A DNA stretch of 64,000 nucleotides from Dicyema japonicum (Eukaryota > Animalia > Dicyemida), in assembly GCA_011109175.1 (NCBI GenBank), contig RDEW01000029.1, positions 690,402-754,401 of the forward strand, read 5' to 3'. The position numbers and the translations under genes were made by a program. Positions 1-12,849 of this stretch are shown piece after piece. The first letter of the stretch is position 1; each line of letters starts with the position of its first letter. The notes beneath the pieces are model-generated. The model was given only the letters and a program-made list of their open reading frames with translations. It was not told where the DNA came from and did not search any database.

Positions 1-420
1 CCAGACCTGCAGTTGATACAGGATTCTCTATTTTCGGTTCTGGGCACTCAGAAGAACTACACGCATATGAAATACATGGTAAATGTGGTCCTCCACAGAA
101 GAAACATCTCTTTGTCCCATTGCAATGTCTTGTAATGTGTCCGAAATATTGACAATTAAAGCATCTTGGGAGGTGTCTTTTGGCCCAGTCACAGTCGATT
201 TCCATCCATCCAATTCGTCCAACTCATCATAGGTAACCAATATTCTGCCGGTATGGGGTGGATATAAGTTGATAATAGTCTACAATTTATTCCCTGTCGG
301 TTTTAGTTTGATTTGAATAATCGCAATACGATCATTAACACTCCACACTTTGAACTCTCGCTTTGTCAACGAAGGAAATCCATAGTGTCAGCATTTACAC
401 GGTAGTAACATTAGGTGGCA
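1..420 (-). mobile_element. degraded APE endonuclease fragment of an RTE-like LINE
   Basis: Minus-strand reading gives 'VWSVNDRIAIIQIKLKP...TIINLYPPH', resembling the RTE APE INxYAP motif; interrupted by stops. Confidence 0.4.
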
Positions 421-529
421 TTTTCCATAAACTTTATCGTGTCCTCAACTCTGTAGCGGTCTAGGTCTTCGCACAAGGTGTTCGTAAGTACGTATTCATG
501 TTGAAGGCGTCTGTGATGAACTGAGAGAC

Positions 530-760
530 ATATCCAAATGAGTCGTTGCTCTGAAGCCATGTTGAAAATCTGGAAATTGTAGAACACAGAAATTAACATT
601 AACACAAGCTTCTCCAACACTTTTGAAAAGGCGCAAGTTATGGAGACTGAATGGTAAGAGAATAAAATGTCTTTTGATTTTCCAGGCTTCAGAATTGGTG
701 TAATCAGTTAGCACGGATTATTTGGGAAATTCTAATTTAGAGTGCGTATGGACGATATAT
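530..760 (-). mobile_element. LINE reverse transcriptase fragment
   Basis: Frameshifted 'ITPILKPGK...SKVLEKLVL...FQHGFR' (RT N-terminal motifs). Confidence 0.55.
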
Positions 761-1049
761 GGTCATTTGTTTGCAATCCGGTTTTTTTCAAGGCATCTAT
801 TTTTCTTGATGTTTGAAGATAGGATTGAATGTTTTGTAAGACGATCGGGGATAAACATTTTGTCGGCTCTCAGGATTATCGAGGTTAATATCTGAGCTCC
901 TTTGTCTTGTCGTGCGTTAATCCAAGAATTGAAAGAGACCTTTTTACTGGTATCTGAACAGATCCTATAAAATTTCTCTAAAACGACAGTATCAGGTGAA
1001 TAAAGTACAAATCGATTTTGCGGCAGAAATCGTAAGGTGGTTGGCAATC

Positions 1050-2910
1050 AACCAATCGTATACAATATTTACTTTCGTCTGGGCATTAGCGGTTGTGACT
1101 TGCGTCAAAGATCGCGCTTTGCAAGGATTAAATAATCCGACAAGATAGTAAAAAAGGAGTCTTAATCTCCGTCTGTTTGTAAGCCTAAAAATAGGTTGAA
1201 AAGAGTCGGAGAGAGGGAAGAACTCTGGGATACTCCATTAGGTAGTAATCATGATCTGATGACTCTCCCTGGTCTTCCAGAGAGAAAGTTAGCGAGCCAT
1301 AGCTTTAAGAAAGCAAAAAATCTTCCCAATGATAAGTTTCCTCTGGACTGTGTCAAAAGCCTTGTTTGTGCATGTGTGGTCGGAGAGGATAAAACCATCA
1401 GCAATAAATTGAGATAACTTAGTTAAATGCGTAGTTTTTGATCTTCCAGGACGAAAACATTATCAGAAACCAAGTCGAGGAAGATTTGGTCATAGTACAA
1501 GTTTTTCAAGAATTTTTGATAACGTGCTGGTTAGGGAGATGTGCTTGTGTAAACATGTTCTCCTCCGGTTTTCCAGCTTTCAATATTATTTTGATAAAAG
1601 AGTTTTTTCCAAATCTTGGGGAATAATGTTGTAGTTAATAGACAGGTTATATATTTTCGTGAGATAGTCAATTGCACAGTGGCCTAAATTTATAGATGAA
1701 TTGAAGATACTTTGTCAGGCCGCAGGCCCGTGAACATTTAATCGAACTATGACAACTGTGACTGGCTTATCTAAGTGACTGGCTTATGTAAGAATAGGTA
1801 AGGTTCCTTCTTCGGTTTATAGGAATCCACCTTGATTTCCTGGTGGTTCGAGAATGTTTAGAAGATTATTCCAGCGTCATGTCTCATAAGTAGGTAGGGT
1901 GTATATGACACATGTGTTATGGATAAGACTTTTCAGTTCCGTTTTAGTGTTTTCCAGAATTGACAAGATGGACTTTTTTTTCTTTTTTTGATACTTTTAT
2001 TGAGTTACCTGATGGTCTTCTAAGACTGAAAATCAATTAGGGGCATCATTCTATAAGGTTTCTTAGTATTATCGGGTAAGTGTGCGATTATATATGGTAG
2101 GAATAAAATTCGTAATCGGATGTATTTGTGATGAGATTTTTTGGCCAATTCTTTCCAACAAAGTTACTTAAACCAGACAAATCAGCCTTCCTATAGTTCT
2201 TGAATCTGTGACTTAAGTCTGCTGTCTCCACTGTCGTCGAAATCTTCTTAACTTAAGAAGGATGAGATTGTGGTCAATAGAAATTCACATTCTATTAACC
2301 GAATTCTGCTAAAGAATGGGAACATAAGGTAAAATCCGGAGATGTAAGACTCGCTCCTTAATCGCTCCTTAATAGGGTTCTTGTATGTAAAGTATGTCCA
2401 TTAAAGACAATTAAATCAATAAGACCATTTGCGATAAACACGCCTCCGTTTTCAAAGTTTTTGAGCAAACCAAAAGGGGTGCACATTAAGGTCGCATATT
2501 AGTAAATTCTTCAGTGTTAGAAGGTGGAGTAGATTGGGGGTGTATGATGTTGGACATTATTTTTATGGAGGAATGTACAAGTTGATCAAAGTAATCCAAA
2601 AAGATGGAAATAGCTGGAGTTTTATTGTAATCTGCTTCATAGTATTGTCTGAGCCAAAAAGCTCTGATGTTCGTATATTTACTTCCATAAAGATTTTTTT
2701 TCACAATAATGAGTAGGCCTCCACCTGAGGATCAACGTGTATCCGGAGAAGGAAGATGTTGGCGTTGAGAATAAAATTTTGGATTTCTGGATAAGGTCAG
2801 CTCGACTTTTGGAGAGGAGAGTCCGAAGTTCCAGAATCTTCTTTCTAATTATCTGATGTATTTTTGATTTTTTTGATTTTTTGACGTCCCTCTTAAAAAG
2901 TATGTCTGAA
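1050..2910 (-). mobile_element. old degraded copy of the Ingi/Vingi-like 2A-LINE family
   Basis: Collinear similarity to 15920-18217 and 49900-52620: 'ILELRTLLSKSRADLIQ...GYTLI', KPKKEPY region, LPNGVxQ. A decayed GDV remnant of the 2A lies near 2883-2891. Confidence 0.6.
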
Positions 2911-2924
2911 AAACACGAAATTTG

Positions 2925-3271
2925 TAATATAAAAGACTTCTCTCTTTTAACGTTCAATGTCAGAGGACTCTCTAGTGCCTGGAAAAGAAAAGAACCATGT
3001 GAAGACCTTTCAAAATATAAGATATCAATCGGATGTCTCCAAAAGACCAAAATATCGAAGGAGTTTGAAGAACAAACGGAAAGTTTTAGTTAATCTATCT
3101 CTCTGGGGGATCAAAACATTACGGACTTGGATTCGCTGTAAGAAAGGACCTACTCTGGCGCATATACCTTTACTGGACAATCAATGAAAGGATTTGGATT
3201 TTACAAATAACATTGGACGATCATAAAGTTATCTTACTATTATTAACGAATTTGCTCCACCTAGTGGATAT
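2925..3271 (+). mobile_element. older RTE-type LINE, APE N-terminal part (split by insertion)
   Basis: 'TFNVRGL...IGCLQKTK' APE motifs; continues after 5209. Confidence 0.6.
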
Positions 3272-5198
3272 TATTATTATAAGCAACTACATAGAATCAT
3301 ATAAACTATAATTCTATTCGTGCCGCGTCTGAACAATCCTCTTAATTAGCCTTTCCCCTCCCCTCCTGTCCGATGCCAAGTGCCGCAGACTACTAAGGTC
3401 TTCACCGTCCTTTAGTAGTCTGGTTACTGATCTCAGGTCACCATTAAGGACTTCCGGAAGAGTTATTCTTGGACGACCTCTGAACTTCTCCCCTGACGTA
3501 TCGAAGTATTCTTCCATGACGACGTTTGCTGGCGTGTCTTGTTCCAATCTGAGAATATGGCCAAACAATCTCCAGCGAGCCTTCATGATCATGGTGCTCA
3601 GAGGTCCGGAACCGCATCTTCTATATAAATTTTCACTCCCTACACGCATTGGCCACTTTAGTCCCAAGAGAGACCGAAGTTGCCTTCTGTGAAAGGAGTC
3701 AAGGTTTTGTTCGTCCGTTTTCGAAATTCCCCACGTCCCAGAGTTGTATGTTAGTATGGGCCTCACGAACGCCTCATACAACCTGAGTCGGAGTGATGGC
3801 CCGACCGAGCATTTTCTTATCCAACATTTCATAAGTTTTTGCATAGTAACCGTAGATAACAATTTTCTTCTTGCAATGTCTTCGGAGTCTCCGAGAAGAG
3901 AGCCAAGCTTTACGGTCTTCCTCCAACATTCACTATTGCGTAGTTCCATCCGCTTAATTTCAACAATATCCGTTTTCTGAACATTCAGTGATAGACACCA
4001 TTTGGCCAAACAGCCTGATGCAACCTCCAAGAGACGTAAGAGTGCTTCTTTGTCAGTCGAGATAAAGTCAACATCATCGGCATACACGATCTCCATAATA
4101 TCATTGTTGTAATACTTCCGGAGGTCTTGCAGAGCCGATTCAAGGTATATAGCAAACAATACTGGGGAAAGGGAATCTCCTTGGGGTGTGCCCACTGTTG
4201 AAATAATTTCCCGTGACAAACATTTTCCAATACGCACTCGTAACCTCGTGTTTGATAAGAGTATCCGTATCAGAATAACCGAGTCCTTATCCAGGAAACT
4301 TTCAAGCACTTCAATGAGTTTTCCCCGACGGACAGTGTCGAAAGCTCTGGTCAGATCAATTCCAAGGATAGTCTTTGAGCTCCGGAATCTTTGTTGAATA
4401 GCACATTGCCATCTATGGCACCATACTACATCAGCCGTTGATCTCCCTGTCCTAAAACCACTCTGGCTCTGGGCCAAGTACCCGTCCACCGGCTCTTGGA
4501 TCCGATTAAGAGTAATTAGGGCAAGGATCTTCCTTAAGGTGTTTAGAAGGATGACAGGGCGCAGGTTTTCAACTGGCCCAGGGGGTTTATTACCTTTTTG
4601 AACTGGTACTAGTATCCCCTTTCCAATTTCTGAAAAGTCCTTGTTTTCTATCATGTCATTCAGCAATTTTGAGAGTTTATCTGCAAGTTCTGGAGGGCCA
4701 AATTTTAGCAATTCAGATGGTATATTATCTGGTCCTGGAGAGCGCCCAGATTTAAGTTTCCTTATCGCCATGCAAACCTCCTCCGGTGAAATGATCCGTT
4801 CAAGTGTTGTGTTCTTAGGCGTGAAATCTGATTTTTCTCCTTTTACAAAGAACAGTTGTTCAATATGCGATGCTATGAACTCTGTCTGTTCTGCAACATT
4901 TCCTATTGTTTTTCCATTTCTGTCATGCAAAATAAGTTTCACTGATTGGCTCTTCCTCCGTATTAGTCGTATAGCCATGAATGTCGCAGCATTGTCTTTA
5001 AGGTTTTCTACCTCTCTGATCTTACTTTCCAACTGACTAGTGTGATGTAGTCTGTTTAGGAGTTTGATTTTTCTCTCAATTTGCCTTCGTTCTTGTTTCA
5101 GTTTGCAAACAGTCTGAGGATCGATAGTATTTTCGGATCTATGCCTTAAGTTCTTCTGCAAATTCAATAGGGCTGACACTTCCGGGTGACGCTGACTG
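3272..5198 (-). mobile_element. 5'-truncated RTE-clade LINE, young insertion with TSD
   Basis: 11-bp direct repeat CTAGTGGATAT at 3261-3271 and 5199-5209; (TAA)n tail at the 3' end; uninterrupted RT ORF. Confidence 0.85.
3314..5179 (-). CDS. RTE-clade reverse transcriptase (N-terminally truncated, 621 aa)
   Basis: SPGPD, RPVILL, QSGFR, DLTRAFD, GTPQGDSLSP, YADD motifs and RTE-type C-terminus 'RWRLFGHILR...RGRP'. Confidence 0.9.
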   Translation of the reverse strand: MSALLNLQKNLRHRSENTIDPQTVCKLKQERRQIERKIKLLNRLHHTSQLESKIREVENLKDNAATFMAIRLIRRKSQSVKLILHDRNGKTIGNVAEQTEFIASHIEQLFFVKGEKSDFTPKNTTLERIISPEEVCMAIRKLKSGRSPGPDNIPSELLKFGPPELADKLSKLLNDMIENKDFSEIGKGILVPVQKGNKPPGPVENLRPVILLNTLRKILALITLNRIQEPVDGYLAQSQSGFRTGRSTADVVWCHRWQCAIQQRFRSSKTILGIDLTRAFDTVRRGKLIEVLESFLDKDSVILIRILLSNTRLRVRIGKCLSREIISTVGTPQGDSLSPVLFAIYLESALQDLRKYYNNDIMEIVYADDVDFISTDKEALLRLLEVASGCLAKWCLSLNVQKTDIVEIKRMELRNSECWRKTVKLGSLLGDSEDIARRKLLSTVTMQKLMKCWIRKCSVGPSLRLRLYEAFVRPILTYNSGTWGISKTDEQNLDSFHRRQLRSLLGLKWPMRVGSENLYRRCGSGPLSTMIMKARWRLFGHILRLEQDTPANVVMEEYFDTSGEKFRGRPRITLPEVLNGDLRSVTRLLKDGEDLSSLRHLASDRRGGERLIKRIVQTRHE

Positions 5199-5209
5199 CT
5201 AGTGGATAT

Positions 5210-5700
5210 GGATCAATAAAAAACATGCAAAAGTTGGAAATCGAATCACTATAGAAGAATCATTCATTGGAAGACATGGAAGGGGAAAAAGGAACATTGC
5301 AGGAACTTGTTAGCTAGCTTTTGTCAAGCAAATAACCTATTCCTTTGTAACACATCTTTTATGCACTTCAGCAAGACACAGGACAACTTGGTCAGGCAAT
5401 AGAACTAAGTCTGACGGAAGCATTGCGAAAATCTACAATCAAATAGACTACATTATTTGCAGACAAAAAGACCGCATATTGTCACTGATGCCCGTGCTTG
5501 ATGTCACTGATGCCCGGAGGGTCTATAATTGACAGCGATCACAAGATGGTAATTGCCAAAATGTCCTTAAAGAAACTTATGGGTTTACAAGGGATAAAAA
5601 GAAAGTGCAATGGACACACAGAACTGCGGGAGAAGGGATTCGATGTAGACCATCTAAAAAAACGACACTATCCAGGGAGAGGAATTCAGAAAATACCTGG
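5210..5700 (+). mobile_element. older RTE-type LINE, APE C-terminal part
   Basis: 'NLFLCNT...TTWSG...YNQIDYI...SDHKMVIAK' APE motifs with frameshifts. Confidence 0.6.
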
Positions 5701-6459
5701 ATGAGGAATTAGAAAAATATCAGTAGATTTGGCACCGCAAATTGCGTGGACCTTGGTCAAACATAATATCATGATTGCTGCGGATATATTGCATGGAAAA
5801 GAAAAGAGTATACAATGCTTTAGTGAGGCCAATCTTATTATATAATGCCGGTACATGGCCATGTACTTTTTGACTAAGATTAGTATAGATGATGGAAGAT
5901 ATCTTAACACACTAAAAAGCAAGTTAATAGTAAATAACTAATTAGGTCTATCGAGTTACCACAGTCCCTGACAGTGATCAGTTATCCCCAAGACCACACA
6001 AGAGAAGAGAGACGGAAACATCCACGGGGATACCCAAAAGTTAGTTAATTAGCCCGACCTACTAAAAAGTAGCAAGCCACCATCAGCCTCCCAGACACGA
6101 TTATAGACTACTCAAATAACTCAATGAATTCTTCCTGGACGGGGATATCCGAAATTGGATTACAGCGATAAGGTCATTGATGCTCCATACTTTTTGTAGA
6201 CGATCAGCCAAATGTATACTGATTCCAAAACCAAGTCACAGTGCTCCACTTCAACCAAATAGTCTTAATAAAAATCTTTGGAATGTGTGGTGTTGTTATA
6301 ATTAAACGATGGAAATAGAGATGAAGTTCTCTAAGAAAAGGATGATTTTTATATGTTGATAAACTACAATAATGATTATTATGATTTATTTAATTAAAAT
6401 GAAATTATTTTATTAATGAAATACATTTCCTATACTAATTATCATTTATTCTTTAAGGA

Positions 6460-7300
6460 TTTCCCTGAGTGAATAGTTGTCAATGAGAGGCTCGAAATGG
6501 AAAGCTAATGACACAAGTAATGTCACAACCCAGCTATTTCCTATTCTTCGCATTTAGTTTTTGTTCAAATTTATTTTTAACCCTGTTCCATGCTGCTCAG
6601 TTGGAAATTCAGATAATGTGTCTATGTTGATCTAATTACTGTTTGATAGCCCTAATGGTATTGGCATAAAGTTTAGGTGTGTCCTAATTTCACAGCGAAT
6701 AACGCTGGAAGATTTTCCTGCGATCCGTGCGGGTAGTGAAAATCTGGCAAATGAGACCATTACCTGCGTCCAAAATAAAGACAAGACACGCTACATAAAT
6801 CATTTTAAAGGGAAAATATTTGAGTAATATTTATAATGATTTATGAAAACACACTCAAATTAATTTTTGTGACCAAATTACCATTAAACCAAAATTAAAT
6901 TATACCAAATGTTAATCCCTATTCTTTACTTTAAATCTGAAAGAACACAAAAAATTATCTTCCCTTCAGACATAAATTTAATTTTAAATCGAATCACCTC
7001 CCTCTAAAATATAAAAATATAATAACCCTCTCTGAAAGTATTACATATTCATCTTGAAAAGTAAACGAATAATATTTTCCAGATATCAGTGTGCATCCAA
7101 AACACTCAATTTTTCTTATCCAATCCAAATTTTTACGATTGATAAATTTAACTCCAAATTCTCCGGTGAACAAACTGACGTTAGAATCTAATATGTATAT
7201 CAAATTACAAGATTTGATCTTTACATTTATGAAGAATATACGTCGTGAATTACTCGCTATTATTTGAATGAAATTGACAAAAATTGTGTTATTGTTACGT
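6460..7300 (-). pseudogene. unidentified host gene remnant with micro-introns
   Basis: Open frame bounded by 21-23 nt GT..AG segments (gtaatttgatatacatattag; gttattatatttttatattttag); product not recognised. Confidence 0.3.
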
Positions 7301-7469
7301 TCTAATATTGCTTATTTTTTAATTACCACAATTTTTAAACCGAATTTTTCTTGAATCGACAATAAAGAATAAAATCCACGAAATTACGACATACATTTAA
7401 TTTAAATTTTATTATAATTTAAGTAAAATTTGGTTTGCCAATAAAAAATAGAAATAGAATAAAACAATA

Positions 7470-7840
7470 TATCAAAAGGATAAAAAGTTAGAAATTGTTT
7501 CCCGAACTGGATAGTTCCAGGATGTGATGGCGTCTATAATTTCTTCTTTAAGATGTTTAAATCTTTCCATGATGTAATTTTCAATGAAATGGTGAATGTT
7601 TTAAATATGGAATCTACTCCGGGGGATCACCTACCTTGTTGCGAAATTTAGTAATCCGGATTCTCCTAAAGATCTATGCCGATAAGATGTATTCCATCGC
7701 TCTAAAACTGATGAAAAAATGTATTAATCAAAAACTTGTGGAATATTTGGGCGAATTTAATCTCCTCAGTGAGACTCAATTGGCACAAGAAAGATGCCTA
7801 AGGAATAATCTCTCATTATTGAATCACTCAATATAGTAAA
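7470..7840 (+). mobile_element. R4/Dong-like RT fragment
   Basis: 'FPNWIVPGCDGVYNFF' matches 'LPNWKASGCDGVYNFF' of the 30169 ORF. Confidence 0.55.
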
Positions 7841-9173
7841 TAAGAGTGGTAGATGTCAAAATCCGAAATCTGACGTAAATCTTCCTTTTCTGAATCCGGT
7901 ATGTATAAAAAAATATACTTTAGTTATCTCATCGATTTTATGTATAATTATTTTTGCTAACACTTTCTGGAATTTATTCATTAAAATAACTAATAATTTT
8001 TCAGTCTTTGTTTTGGCTTCAATTTGTTCTTTTTCTAATAAGCGTATGTTATTTTATAGCGGCTTATGATGTTTGATGTCGGTCATGAAGATAATACCGA
8101 ATACTCTTGTAGTGTGATGCAAAAGTTCGCACAGTAAGAATTGCAGCTTCACAACTGCCGAAGTGCCAATCATAATCTGGGCTGGTTGCAGCTGTTAGAT
8201 AAGCCAGAGAAGAACTGTACTGCACTCTAGGTACAACGTTAAGCGACGGAAAACGAAATCCAAGCAATGAGTCGAACTTCTCCTTTTTTTACGAAAACCA
8301 GTAGTTTATTATTATTACCCCAGGATCACTTGGTCAAAGAGAAAGAAATAAAAGTTCTCAGCTAAGTGATCCCAGAGTGACAAGGAAGAGGACAAGTCCA
8401 GCGGGGTCTAGAGTCCTGTGCTCCTTCTCTCATCGAGTGTGGAATCAGCTCAATTTTTATATGTTTATAGATATTTCGTTAGTATATTAAACAGAGGGCA
8501 GCTCGGTAAAGTGATATGTGACTCACCTCTCTTGTGATGATATTTTGAAAAAAAGAGTTTCCCCTTCCTTATCTTGGCGACAGGAAATACTAAAAGGACT
8601 ATTTACTCCGTTTGGGGATATTCCTGGTCAGTTCAAACTCAAGCCAGTAATTGGGCAGATTTAACTAAATTTAAATTTATTGAACAAGAAAAACAACGTC
8701 ATAACCAGAATGAAAAAAAATTCAAGTGGTCTAGGCCTCCCTCAACAGTCACATGCTTGGACTTTCATCCGACATCTTGATTGCACGTTTGTTAATCGCT
8801 TTTCCATAGTTTTCTTTTCAAAACGATGATTGTATATATATTTGTTTCCTCTATATATTATCCATATTGAAGCAGTCAGAGACAACTGCTCCTAAGTTGA
8901 ATAATCTTCACTTGAGAGTCGTTAATGCTGTTAATTACTAAATTAAATTGTTGTCAAGAATCACTCCCCAAATGTCCTTGGATAAACCTCCTGGTTAAGA
9001 AGGATGACCTATACAAAGACGAACTGTAAGAGACATTGTAAAAGTGCTTAACATTATATGTGACTTTTATAATAAAATGAATCATAGGTTTAATGGGAAT
9101 AAGTGACCTACGTGGGGTATAATGTTTGAAATCTCACAAGTAACAAGAATAAAAGATTACAAAAGATTACAAA

Positions 9174-9473
9174 TCAATAAGGTGAAACCAACACAATTCC
9201 GTCCCCTCTAATAAACAGCATGTTAATATCTCTTCGTTTGATCTATTAATACAACAAGCATATTACACGTGACATTTCTTTCAGTGATTTATTGTCAATT
9301 TCTACTGAGATTACCTTCTCCTGTACTTCTGATAACACCATATTGAGGTGTTGGTCGTATGCCTGTAGTTTGCCTGATATTTCTCTGTTATATCTCATTT
9401 TTATTAGTATTCTCTCGTTTAAACTTAATTTTAATAAATCAAATGGGTCTTCCATATTTGATATTTGCTCCAT
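9174..9473 (-). CDS. LSM3: U6 snRNA-associated Sm-like protein LSm3; exons 9473-9267 and 9242-9174, 24-nt intron 9243-9266
   Basis: Spliced product 'EDPFDLLKLSLNERILIKMRYNREISGKLQAYDQHLNMVL...SR|IKRRDINMLFIRGDGIVLVSPY*' has both Sm1 and Sm2 motifs; no lesions. Confidence 0.92.
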
Positions 9474-9559
9474 GTTGAACAGATGTTGTTATTTTTAAAT
9501 TATTAATTTTAATTTAATTAATATATTTAATTAAATTTTTGCATAATGGTTGAGGCTGG

Positions 9560-10895
9560 TGACGCATCTCAAATTGCACTAATGTCTTTTCACTCTTTTC
9601 AAACTTTCTGTTCACGTCGTCGATCAAAAGGAGGTCACTCTGCCAGGATCTGAAACGATACAACATTACTATCTGCTGCCTGCAAGAGACCAAAGTCAAA
9701 GAAGGACTTAACGAACAAATTGCTGACCACGACCTTATCTTGCTTCCTTCTATATTACAAACCATAGAACCGATCAATCTCAATTTACCTGCTGGAAGTT
9801 TATGGAATAAATTCGTAAACAAAATAAAAATCAGTGGCTAATCACACGATTTGGACAATTCCCAAAACCTTCAAAAGAATACACGACCACATATAGATCA
9901 CCTCTCCCATTTACAAAAGGATCTACGTATCAAATGCATGAACACCCCCAACAAAGTGAAAGCAGCTGAGTTCAAAATCCGAAGAAACAAAATTATGCGA
10001 GAAATCATAAAAAAATGTCAGATAAACCACGAAACAGAGCTACAAAACCTTGCAAATGAAGTGGGAATGTACAAACACGAAGCGCAAATGTATGCATCTG
10101 TAGTAAAGATGCTATCGCGAAAGAAATCCGAAAATCTAACAATTCATGACGAACTCGGAAGAACTATTTACAACAACCAGGAACGCACATACATCATAGC
10201 TGATCACTTCGAAAAATATTTCAATTTTAAAAAAGAGGAAACGCTTTATCCATTTGATGGAGTCCCGAGAAAGCTATCACCAGAAATAACTTTATTGGAA
10301 GTTAAAAAGGCTGTGACCAGACTAAACAACTCAAAAGCACCAGACCCAGATAATGTTAATGCAGATCTCATAAAATACTATCCTGAAGAGTTTCAAAAAC
10401 TCATCACTCGCATTGTTTCGAAAAACACTCCAGAATTAACATCGAAATCAAAAAATTAATCTTCTTACATAAAACGGGGAAGAAAATAGGAAAGCTAAAC
10501 AGCTTAAGACAAATCATACTACTCAACTCACTACGCAAAATTCTATCTCTAATCGCTCCGGACAGAGTAAAAACCCCACTACGTGGATTTATCGGAGCTA
10601 ACCAAAGTGGGTTTGTCTCTGGAAGATCAACTTTCGATGCCGTTTGGATCCACAAATGGATGTGTGCTTAATGCCAAAAATATAAATAGGAGTGCCACAT
10701 ATTGGGAATCGACCTATCTAAAGCATTTAACTCAATCAGCAGAGTCAAGATGATACAAATATTAACACCACTACTCGAGGAAGATTCCATCAGAATAATT
10801 CGTTATCTAACCTCCTCCACTCAACTATTTATCCAGCTCGGAAATCAGAAATTCGGAATAAACAAGGGCGTTGTTTTTCAAGGTACTCATTAATA
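9560..10895 (+). mobile_element. degraded RTE-type LINE (APE + RT), ends at the Helitron
   Basis: 'ITICCLQETK', 'KAPDPD', 'GIDLSKAF' motifs; related to the 3314 ORF. Confidence 0.7.
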
Positions 10896-10896
10896 A

Positions 10897-12849
10897 CTAG
10901 GTAGGCAGCTCGCTTCGCTCACTGTGAGCTAGGTACTGCGGACGGCTGTCGTTCACACCTTCGGAGTTCACTCCTATTTCGTTCCTGTGGAGATCAGTTT
11001 TTTCTTTAGTGAATTATATTTAACGAATTAAACTATTTTTATTAAAAAAAACTGATTGTTATAATAAAAATTATCAAATATCTTATTGAAATGCTTGTTG
11101 ATATACTACATTGCTTGTACGACCGTCCTTTTTGTATATGAATATGTTTTCTCGTTCACCTACTCTAGAACAACCTACATATAACTGTTTATGTGCAAAA
11201 CATTCACTTGCTAAAGATAAACCTACTACTTTAAGAGTTTGTCCCTGTGATTTGATAACTGTCATTGCGAAACTCAATTTCAATGGAAATTGTAGTCTCT
11301 TAAATCTAAATGGTAATTCATCCGAAATTATTGGAATTCTTGGAATATAAACGTCTTCTCCTTTATTTCGCACCGTTAATATCGTTGCTTCAATAATATT
11401 AGACATCAAATTTTTTACTACCAATTTTGTACCATTACATAACCTTGGATATTTCAGATTTCGTAATAGAACAACTGGCGATCCTAGTTTTAATTTTAAA
11501 AAATGATGAGGCATCCGTGACTGTTCTAAAGAATTTAGAAATTCTACAAGATATGCACATGCTAATTTTTGATCCATAATTACATCGAAAGATTTATAAA
11601 TACGTTCCAACCCGGGTAATTTAATAAGTAAGTTTAAGTTAATATTTTGTACTTCATCAGTTAGTGGTAATAGTATAGCTCTTTCCCGAAGCCAGTCGAA
11701 ACACGTGTAGTTTTCCTGTAGATCTGGATACAAAAAAGTCAATAAATTTTCTGAACTGTGTACATTTATACATAATTCTTCAGAAAGTTGTACCTTTAAA
11801 TCTTTTGAATTTATTTCGAGTGCTCCATTCCCTACATTTAAAAGTACCTTAGCGAAGGTATTCGTTTCTGACTTGTTTTGTGCACGAATATTTACATCTA
11901 AACTTATTTTTTTACAAAAGTCCAGAAATATGATGATTTCAGACATGCATTTTATTCATCTGCTGGTGTTACCCTATGAATAATAAACAGTGTCTGTTAA
12001 AATCACCTGCTAATACTAATACCGACTTACGAAATGGAATATCAAAGTGTTTTATGTCGCGAAAAGTTTTATCAACTGCTTCAAATGCTCTTTTACTTAC
12101 CATTGTACACTCATCCCATACTATTAGATTACAATCACGTATAATTATCCCAGTAAGTGAATTTTCTTTAATGTTGCAAACTGGATTTTACATATCTCTT
12201 GCTAGATTAAATGTAGTTTGAAAATTGAATGCGCTGTTCGACCACCATCTAAAAGCGTAGTCGCAATACCTGTAGATGCAACTGCTATTGTTTTTTTATG
12301 ATTGCATCTCGCATTTGCTAACAATAGATTTAACAAATATGTCTTACTTGTACCTTCTGGTGCATCTAAAAAAATATCTTACCATCATTTTCTTCAATAT
12401 TTCTGTTTATTTCAGTATAGATTTTTGATTGACGTTCCAATAATTTCGGTTCCCTGTTTTTTATTATTTGATGTAGTTCTTCTAAGTTATATTTTTTCAC
12501 ATTCTAAATTACAATATGCCAACATCAATGTAAATAAAAATCTAATATGTGATGGCATATTGAAAATCCCAGCTTCGGTCAATGCGATTTTTATGTTAAT
12601 CTCTTTTTTAACTCTTTTTAGAATTTTAATTTTTTTAAGGGACCGATCTCTTGAAGAGGTTGAATCATCTTATTTTTATGTGAATCTCTTTTTTAACTCT
12701 TTTTAGAATTTTAATTTTTTTAAGGGACCGATCTCTTGAAGAGGTTGAATCATCTTATTTTGCTATTATCTCAGGCATTTCCTTCTTTAGCTAAGTGCGC
12801 ACGGACAGACAGACTGACAGACAACTTATTCTTTTATTAATAATAATGA
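10897..12849 (-). mobile_element. internally deleted Helitron with both termini
   Basis: 3' end has a GCGAAGC-type hairpin followed by CTAG|T (10897-10900). 5' end is TC plus an AT-rich run plus a (GTCT)n tract near 12805-12849. Pif1 helicase remains inside. Confidence 0.75.
11083..11946 (-). CDS. Helitron Pif1-like helicase, C-terminal portion
   Basis: 'LRERAIL', 'LLRNL..PRLCNGT', 'IPRIP', 'RLQFPLKLSFAMT..KSQGQTL', 'QLYVGCSRV'; frameshifted upstream motifs extend to about 12560. Confidence 0.88.
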   Translation of the reverse strand: MSEIIIFLDFCKKISLDVNIRAQNKSETNTFAKVLLNVGNGALEINSKDLKVQLSEELCINVHSSENLLTFLYPDLQENYTCFDWLRERAILLPLTDEVQNINLNLLIKLPGLERIYKSFDVIMDQKLACAYLVEFLNSLEQSRMPHHFLKLKLGSPVVLLRNLKYPRLCNGTKLVVKNLMSNIIEATILTVRNKGEDVYIPRIPIISDELPFRFKRLQFPLKLSFAMTVIKSQGQTLKVVGLSLASECFAHKQLYVGCSRVGERENIFIYKKDGRTSNVVYQQAFQ

